From positions 44,940 to 108,939 of the forward strand of contig JAFVUY010000130.1 in NCBI GenBank assembly GCA_017502465.1: 64,000 nucleotides of DNA, given 5' to 3'. Below are positions 58,526-64,000 of the stretch, piece after piece (the stretch's first letter is position 1; every line of letters begins with the position of its first letter). The DNA comes from Bacilli bacterium. GTDB taxonomy: Bacteria; Bacillota_I; Bacilli_A; RFN20; CAG-826. The notes beneath the pieces are model-generated. The model saw nothing but the letters and a program-made list of their open reading frames with translations. It searched no databases and had not been told where the DNA came from. A program made the position numbers and the translations under genes.

Positions 58526-59398
58526 ATGACTATTGAACAAACACCTTTAAATACATTTACTGGTTATGTTGGAATTAAATTTGATTCCACACCTAGAGAA
58601 TATTTCTTTGGAATCAAAGCAAACCAAAAATTAGAAGTAGGAAACCCAGTTGTTGTCGAAACAGTTCGAGGTATGGAATTAGGACTAGTTACAAGTGGAC
58701 CTTTTGACATTGCTTTATATAAATCCGAACTTGGTTTAAAACCAGTTTTAAGAAAAGCGACAGATATTGATATTAAAACTAATGCGATGAACAAAGAAGA
58801 CGCGAAAGTTGCTTTAGCAATTTGCCAAAAGGAAATTCAAAATCTCAAATTAGATATGCATTTAATCTCATGCGAATACACCCTTGATAGGAGCAAAGTA
58901 CAATTCTCATATCTCGCGGATGAAAGAGTAGACTTTAGAGAACTTCTGAAGGTTTTAGCCTCTAAATTACATACAAGGATTGAATTAAGACAAGTCGGCA
59001 CAAGAGACAAAGCAAAAATGGTTGGAGGTATCGGAGTGTGTGGCCTCCCACTTTGCTGTTCTTCCTTCTTAAATGAATTTGATGGTATTTCTATTTCAAG
59101 AGCAAAAAACCAAATGCTCGCGATTAATATTCCAAAACTTTCCGGCCACTGCGGAAAACTTATTTGCTGTTTAAAATTTGAAGACGATACATATACTTTA
59201 GAGAAAGAAAAATTCCCTGAATTAGGTAGTAAAGTCTTTATTGATAAAATTGAATATACTGTCACATCTATAAACGTCATTTCTACAATTGTTAAAGTAG
59301 AAAACGCAGAAGATGTTAAGTATCTTCCTTTGGAAGAACTTAAAAAACAAGCGACTTATAAAAAAAAGAAAGATAAAAGAAACGATGAGAAGAAATAA
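58526..59398 (+). CDS. ricT: PSP1-domain protein RicT/YaaT
   Basis: 290 aa with a PSP1 C-terminal domain carrying the Cys cluster GVCGLPLCCSSFL...GHCGKLICCLKFE. The position after holB is conserved. Confidence 0.85.
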   Translation: MTIEQTPLNTFTGYVGIKFDSTPREYFFGIKANQKLEVGNPVVVETVRGMELGLVTSGPFDIALYKSELGLKPVLRKATDIDIKTNAMNKEDAKVALAICQKEIQNLKLDMHLISCEYTLDRSKVQFSYLADERVDFRELLKVLASKLHTRIELRQVGTRDKAKMVGGIGVCGLPLCCSSFLNEFDGISISRAKNQMLAINIPKLSGHCGKLICCLKFEDDTYTLEKEKFPELGSKVFIDKIEYTVTSINVISTIVKVENAEDVKYLPLEELKKQATYKKKKDKRNDEKK

Positions 59399-60236
59399 AT
59401 CTTTTGATGGCAAATCACCTCTTTTATATTTAATTGCAGTCCCTATTGGAAACCTTAAAGAAATGACACCTCGCGCGTTAGAGGTCATTTCAGAATGTGA
59501 TTTAATTGCCTCAGAAGACACAAGAAACACAAAAGCATTATTATCTAAATTTAACATTAGAAAAGATGTTGTTTCTTTAAGAGAACATAACGAAGTAAAA
59601 GCTTCTATGGACCTTATTGAAAAGATTAAAAGCGGATTAAAAGTTGCCTATATGAGCGACGCGGGATACCCAGGTATTTCAGATCCTGGAAAGATCTTAG
59701 TCCAAAAAGCTAAAGAAAATGGGATTGTCGTGTCCACGATATCAGGTTCATGTGCATTTATTAATGCATTAACTTCTTCTTTTCTCCCATCTAATAGATT
59801 TTATTTCCATGGCTTTTTAAATCCCGTTGAAAATAAAGCCAAACAAGAATTAGAAGACCTAAAAGATAGAAAAGAAACTCTTATTTTTTATGAAAGCCCA
59901 CATAGAATTGATAAGACAATAATGGTCTTATATAAAGTACTAGGAAATAGAGAAGCGACAATCGCAAGAGAACTTACAAAAATTAATGAAGAATTTATTG
60001 AAGGCACGCTTGAAGAATTAACCCACTTAGATAAAGAAACCCTTATTGGTGAAATGGTGGTTATCGTCTCTGGAAACAAAGAGGAAAATAAAGAGATTGA
60101 TGAATCTATTATCTTAAATGAACTAAATATTTTAATCGAATCTGGAATGAGTAAAAAAGATGCGATTAAAGAAGTTTCTAATAAATTAAAAATCGCTAAA
60201 AACCGTGTTTACGATTTAGCGAATTCTATTAAATAA
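59385..60236 (+). CDS. rsmI: 16S rRNA (cytidine1402-2'-O)-methyltransferase
   Basis: It has LLYLIAVPIGNLKEMTPRALEVISECDLIASEDTRNT and a TP-methylase fold. ATG 59385 (MRRNKSF) is a more plausible start than the track start at 59313, which lies deep inside ricT. Confidence 0.9.
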   Translation: MRRNKSFDGKSPLLYLIAVPIGNLKEMTPRALEVISECDLIASEDTRNTKALLSKFNIRKDVVSLREHNEVKASMDLIEKIKSGLKVAYMSDAGYPGISDPGKILVQKAKENGIVVSTISGSCAFINALTSSFLPSNRFYFHGFLNPVENKAKQELEDLKDRKETLIFYESPHRIDKTIMVLYKVLGNREATIARELTKINEEFIEGTLEELTHLDKETLIGEMVVIVSGNKEENKEIDESIILNELNILIESGMSKKDAIKEVSNKLKIAKNRVYDLANSIK

Positions 60237-60256
60237 TATCAAATTTCTTTGCAATA

Positions 60257-63200
60257 TTAACGTTTTAAATCAAATAATAAAGTCTTTTTGTCGTTATTAA
60301 AAGATATGTAAATATAAGAAACAAAACTTACAAAATATAACATTCCTCCAATAATAGATATGGTATTACCTAATCTTAAATATGGGGTTTCATATTTCAT
60401 TGTATATTTTGTAAATCCATTCAAAGAAACAAAACCGACAAAACCACCTTGAGTTAAATATGTTTTAACCTCTTTTGTTTCTCCGATTGACGAAGTTGCG
60501 ATTACTTTCCAGCCTTTATCAAAGGCTATTTGAGTGCAGACAAATCTATTCTCATCAAAGTCAGTGGTAAAGCTGAATTCATTTGTGTTATATGTGACAT
60601 TTTCAATTGGATTGTCTCTAATTTCATCCATATATAAATTATCTCTTACGGAAGATAATTGATAAGAGATTGGATAATATGGTTTTTCTCCTGAAAGATA
60701 AATTCCTCCATATCTAGGCGCTAAAACGATTTTCTTTAATCTAGGAGCAGGGGAATAAGTTCCATCGCTATTTCTAATTGGTTTTAAATAAAAGCCTCTA
60801 ACGTCTCTTCTATTATTGCCATCTGTTACATAATTGTCAGAATGTCTATCCATTGTGATAAGTTCATCATTTTCTCCAATAAAATAAACATCATGTTTGT
60901 AATTAATAACGTAGTTAATATCCATATAGAAAACAACTCCATTAGGATCATAAGGGAATTCATTAGATGGCCCTGGCTCTATACAAAGTAAAAGCTTATC
61001 GTCTCTTTCTCCGTTTAATGGAAGAGGAGCTTTAGAACCTTTAATCGTATCTAAAATTTGAGAATAAGAGATATTTCTATTATTAATTCCATTAAGGTTA
61101 TTTTTATAAATATTAATGTTGTATGGTTGGTTAGATGTGTTATAAGTCACATTTAAAGTTGAAATAGAATCAGAATAAGGTCTTCCGTATAAAGTCTTTT
61201 TAGTGAGGTTAGGATAAAGATTAATTACTTCTTCAACGTCTTTATAATCTAAAATCGCATCAGTTAAATACATTTCTTCATTAACCGCCTCTAAGAAAGT
61301 TGAATTAGATGACAAAAAGCCTTGAGGGTTTTCCTCATCGTTATAATTAATGATTGAATCATAAGAGAAAGCAAAGTTAATGTGATCAAATGATTTATGG
61401 ACTAAGAATCTATCGTTAATAAACTCAGAAGAGATATCGTATACACCTAAAGGTGTATTAGGAGTGTAACTAACTCCTAATCTTTCATAATCTAAATTTT
61501 CTTTAAGAATGTAATAATATTTCATTCCTAAGAAGGTATCTAAATCTTGTCTTTTTTCAACATAACTTCCAGACCACCCATTACGTGAATTAACAATTTT
61601 AGACCATTCAATAAAATTTCTAGTATTAAAGTTATAAATAGAATGGAAGAAAGAAGCAGAATTATAATTATTTCTCATTCCATCGTTTTTTGCAGAATCA
61701 CCTTCAATACCTGAATATGAACGGAAATATGATTTATCTTGTTTGTTAACAAGGCTAACAACATCATATAAAGCATTGTTATTAGTTAATCCATTATTAG
61801 CATATTTATACTCTGTTAATCCATGTCCAAAGACGGTAAACGCTCCCATAAGAACTGCTTCTAAAGCGATAGTAGCATTAATAATTGTGTGGGCGTATTT
61901 TTTAGAATGTACAATTCTTAAAACAATAACCACAATTGAGGTATACGCGACCATAAGGAATAACACTAGGGGAATATTAACTCTCGCGGTCATTTTTTCA
62001 TAATTATTTATAATAATTGTCGCAAGTGTCGCGGCAATTATCTCCCCTAAAATAGCGATGACTCCCCCAATAGTAATTAAGTTAATAGAATCTTCTTTGA
62101 ATTTATCTAAATATTTACCAACATAGGCAATTAATGAGGCAACTACAAATAAATACCATCTAGAATAGGCTTGGGTGAAACCAAAGAATAAATAATAAAC
62201 AAATGGACTAAATAAAGAGATTAAGAATAAACCAAATGCTATGAAGTGAGAATATTTCTTTTCTTTAAATGACCTCACTAATGCAGGTGTTAATAAAATA
62301 ATCATCGGAGTAAAGCAGAATAATCCACCCGCGACATTATCATATGTTTCATTACCAAGTTTAGTTAAAGGGGTTCCTCTATCAGAGGTTACTGGATAGA
62401 AAAATTCAATAATAGGATATAGGCTTCTATATTCCTTATTTCCATCGATATTCGCCCATGAAAACATCATGTTAAAAACCTTACCTATATTGCCGTTAGA
62501 AATTGAAGTTAAAAGAATATCTAAGTAGCTAGAATCCACCGCGCGATCACTTTCTAAGGCCACCATTGTGCTAGGTAAAACAACTACCGCGCCCATCAAT
62601 AAACCAATCGCAAAACCCGCTATACCTATTGCTAAAATCAAAAGATTTTCCTTAGTTTTGCAAGTTTTTATCCGTTGGAAATATCTAAATAAGGCGTAAA
62701 TCACTCCGCACACAAGAAGTGCGAACATAAAGAAAAAGTTAGTTAATCCACTTAATAAAATTGAAGCGCTTAAGATGAGAGGATTCTTCTCTTTGATAAC
62801 CTTTTCGACACCTATAAAAATTAAAGGTAAACAGATAATAATTTCAGTAAAATGGTTAAACCATAAATACCAAGCGGTCCAGCCAGAAAATGCATACGCA
62901 GTTGCAGCGATTTTTGAAGAAGCTTTGCTTGTTCCAATAACCCTCATAAATGCGTAGAAGGCAAGTCCGCCTGTTGCCATTTTAAATATTGTAAGGACCG
63001 CCATTCCTTGAGGAACAAATTCTCTTGGGAATAATAAAATAGGCATAAAGAATGGGTCGAACAAATAATAGAAAGAGTTAGATCCAATATTATTCGCACC
63101 TAAAAATGTATTCGTGTCATAAAGAACAAATTCACCAGTTCTGAAAAAATGCCACCAATCATCATAACCATTCGTATAGAAAGCAAATTGTTGAGAACAA

Positions 63201-63382
63201 TAATCTCCTCCAAAAGGAGTGGTGAAATCATTAAACAAAATAGCTGTGCATAAATAAAGGAAACCAATGCCTAATAGAATTAAATAAAATCCTAAAAGTG
63301 GTTTAGGTTTTTTAAAGAAATTTATTATGTTTGAAAACTCAAATTTATTAGAGTTTTTATCTTTTTTTAAGACAACCGCCAT
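60257..63382 (-). CDS. YfhO-family polytopic membrane protein (putative glycosyltransferase)
   Basis: 1041 aa. The N-terminal ~520 aa have ~13 TM helices in a YfhO-like arrangement (FGGDYCSQQFAFY near the start), followed by a large extracytoplasmic domain and a terminal TM. Confidence 0.6.
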   Translation of the reverse strand: MAVVLKKDKNSNKFEFSNIINFFKKPKPLLGFYLILLGIGFLYLCTAILFNDFTTPFGGDYCSQQFAFYTNGYDDWWHFFRTGEFVLYDTNTFLGANNIGSNSFYYLFDPFFMPILLFPREFVPQGMAVLTIFKMATGGLAFYAFMRVIGTSKASSKIAATAYAFSGWTAWYLWFNHFTEIIICLPLIFIGVEKVIKEKNPLILSASILLSGLTNFFFMFALLVCGVIYALFRYFQRIKTCKTKENLLILAIGIAGFAIGLLMGAVVVLPSTMVALESDRAVDSSYLDILLTSISNGNIGKVFNMMFSWANIDGNKEYRSLYPIIEFFYPVTSDRGTPLTKLGNETYDNVAGGLFCFTPMIILLTPALVRSFKEKKYSHFIAFGLFLISLFSPFVYYLFFGFTQAYSRWYLFVVASLIAYVGKYLDKFKEDSINLITIGGVIAILGEIIAATLATIIINNYEKMTARVNIPLVLFLMVAYTSIVVIVLRIVHSKKYAHTIINATIALEAVLMGAFTVFGHGLTEYKYANNGLTNNNALYDVVSLVNKQDKSYFRSYSGIEGDSAKNDGMRNNYNSASFFHSIYNFNTRNFIEWSKIVNSRNGWSGSYVEKRQDLDTFLGMKYYYILKENLDYERLGVSYTPNTPLGVYDISSEFINDRFLVHKSFDHINFAFSYDSIINYNDEENPQGFLSSNSTFLEAVNEEMYLTDAILDYKDVEEVINLYPNLTKKTLYGRPYSDSISTLNVTYNTSNQPYNINIYKNNLNGINNRNISYSQILDTIKGSKAPLPLNGERDDKLLLCIEPGPSNEFPYDPNGVVFYMDINYVINYKHDVYFIGENDELITMDRHSDNYVTDGNNRRDVRGFYLKPIRNSDGTYSPAPRLKKIVLAPRYGGIYLSGEKPYYPISYQLSSVRDNLYMDEIRDNPIENVTYNTNEFSFTTDFDENRFVCTQIAFDKGWKVIATSSIGETKEVKTYLTQGGFVGFVSLNGFTKYTMKYETPYLRLGNTISIIGGMLYFVSFVSYIYISFNNDKKTLLFDLKR

Positions 63383-63510
63383 ATAGACATTATATATGGG
63401 AAAAATAAAAAAGTTTATTTTTTATTGATTCAAAATTTATAAGTAAAAATTTTTCTTGCAATATATGATTTGCTTTTCTATTATTAGAAAAGTCTAAGGA
63501 ATTAATGCTT

Positions 63511-64000
63511 ATGAAAACTAGAAATATTGCAATTATCGCTCACGTTGACCACGGAAAGACCACACTTGTTGACCAATTATTAAAAACAGGTGGTGCTTTT
63601 AGAAGTAATGAAGAAATCGATGACCGTGTTATGGATAGCAACGATATCGAAAGAGAAAGAGGTATCACTATTCTTGCTAAAACTACATGCGTTTATTATC
63701 AAGACTATAAAATTAATATTTTAGACACTCCAGGACACGCGGACTTTGGAGGAGAAGTTGAACGCATCATGAATATGGTGGATGGTTGTCTTCTTCTTGT
63801 TGATGCTTTTGAAGGAACAATGCCTCAAACTAGATTTGTTCTTAAAAAAGCTCTTGAAGCCCATGTTAAACCAATTGTCTGTATCAATAAGATTGATAGA
63901 CCAAATATTGATGTTGAAAAAGTGTTAGACGAAGTCCTTACATTATTTATTGAATTAGGAGCACCTGATGAATTCTTAGACTTTAAAGTTGTTTATACCT
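63511..64000 (+). CDS. typA: Translational GTPase TypA/BipA (5' part, runs off window)
   Basis: It reads [25 protein letters not shown]...[14 protein letters not shown]...NKIDR, containing the G1-G4 motifs. An alternative ATG lies at 63505. Confidence 0.9.
   Translation, partial: MKTRNIAIIAHVDHGKTTLVDQLLKTGGAFRSNEEIDDRVMDSNDIERERGITILAKTTCVYYQDYKINILDTPGHADFGGEVERIMNMVDGCLLLVDAFEGTMPQTRFVLKKALEAHVKPIVCINKIDRPNIDVEKVLDEVLTLFIELGAPDEFLDFKVVYT

Overview
AT-rich (roughly 30% G+C by eye), standard-code chromosome segment from a low-GC Gram-positive or Mollicute-like bacterium. It has lipobox lipoproteins and the pcrA-ligA-gatCAB and dnaX-ybaB-recR-tmk-holB-ricT-rsmI gene orders typical of Bacillota; the exact taxon cannot be determined here. 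The window falls into three zones. (1) 0.3-35 kb is a carbohydrate-utilisation region. Its core is a ~22.4-kb run of 15 tightly packed minus-strand genes (25074 down to 2641) under a divergent AraC regulator. The run contains a GH99-like/WbsX protein, a sugar isomerase, an SGNH esterase, two ABC permeases, two paralogous beta-helix proteins (one lipoprotein, one cytoplasmic), two large surface proteins sharing a repeated CBM-like module, a lipoprotein solute-binding protein, a small membrane protein, a MalK-type ATPase with an insertion, and a GH43-like enzyme. It ends with an SGNH-esterase::glycyl-radical-activase fusion and an unusually short glycyl radical enzyme. A second cluster (fucI, GH38, GH29, SGNH paralogue) is separated from it by an accessory insertion (HTH-Vat acetyltransferase fusion, RhuM-family protein, TnpB remnant). 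(2) 35-41 kb holds two decayed accessory islets next to tRNA-Ala(GGC) and tRNA-Arg(CCT). They contain an AAA/DUF4143 ATPase, an intact phd antitoxin with a frameshifted parE toxin, IS200/IS605 fragments and iteron-like repeats. They also contain an apparently complete type III (RNA-protein) toxin-antitoxin module: a 2 x 44-nt tandem repeat, an attenuator hairpin and a ToxN/AbiQ-like ORF. No ORF accounts for the repeat. (3) 41-64 kb is ordinary housekeeping: galE, gatCAB, ligA, pcrA, rpiB, tsaC, prmC, prfA, the dnaX cluster, a YfhO-family protein and typA. The best candidates for something new are the glycyl-radical pair embedded in a glycan operon and the type III TA locus. All family assignments come from motif recognition by eye; no database search was run.
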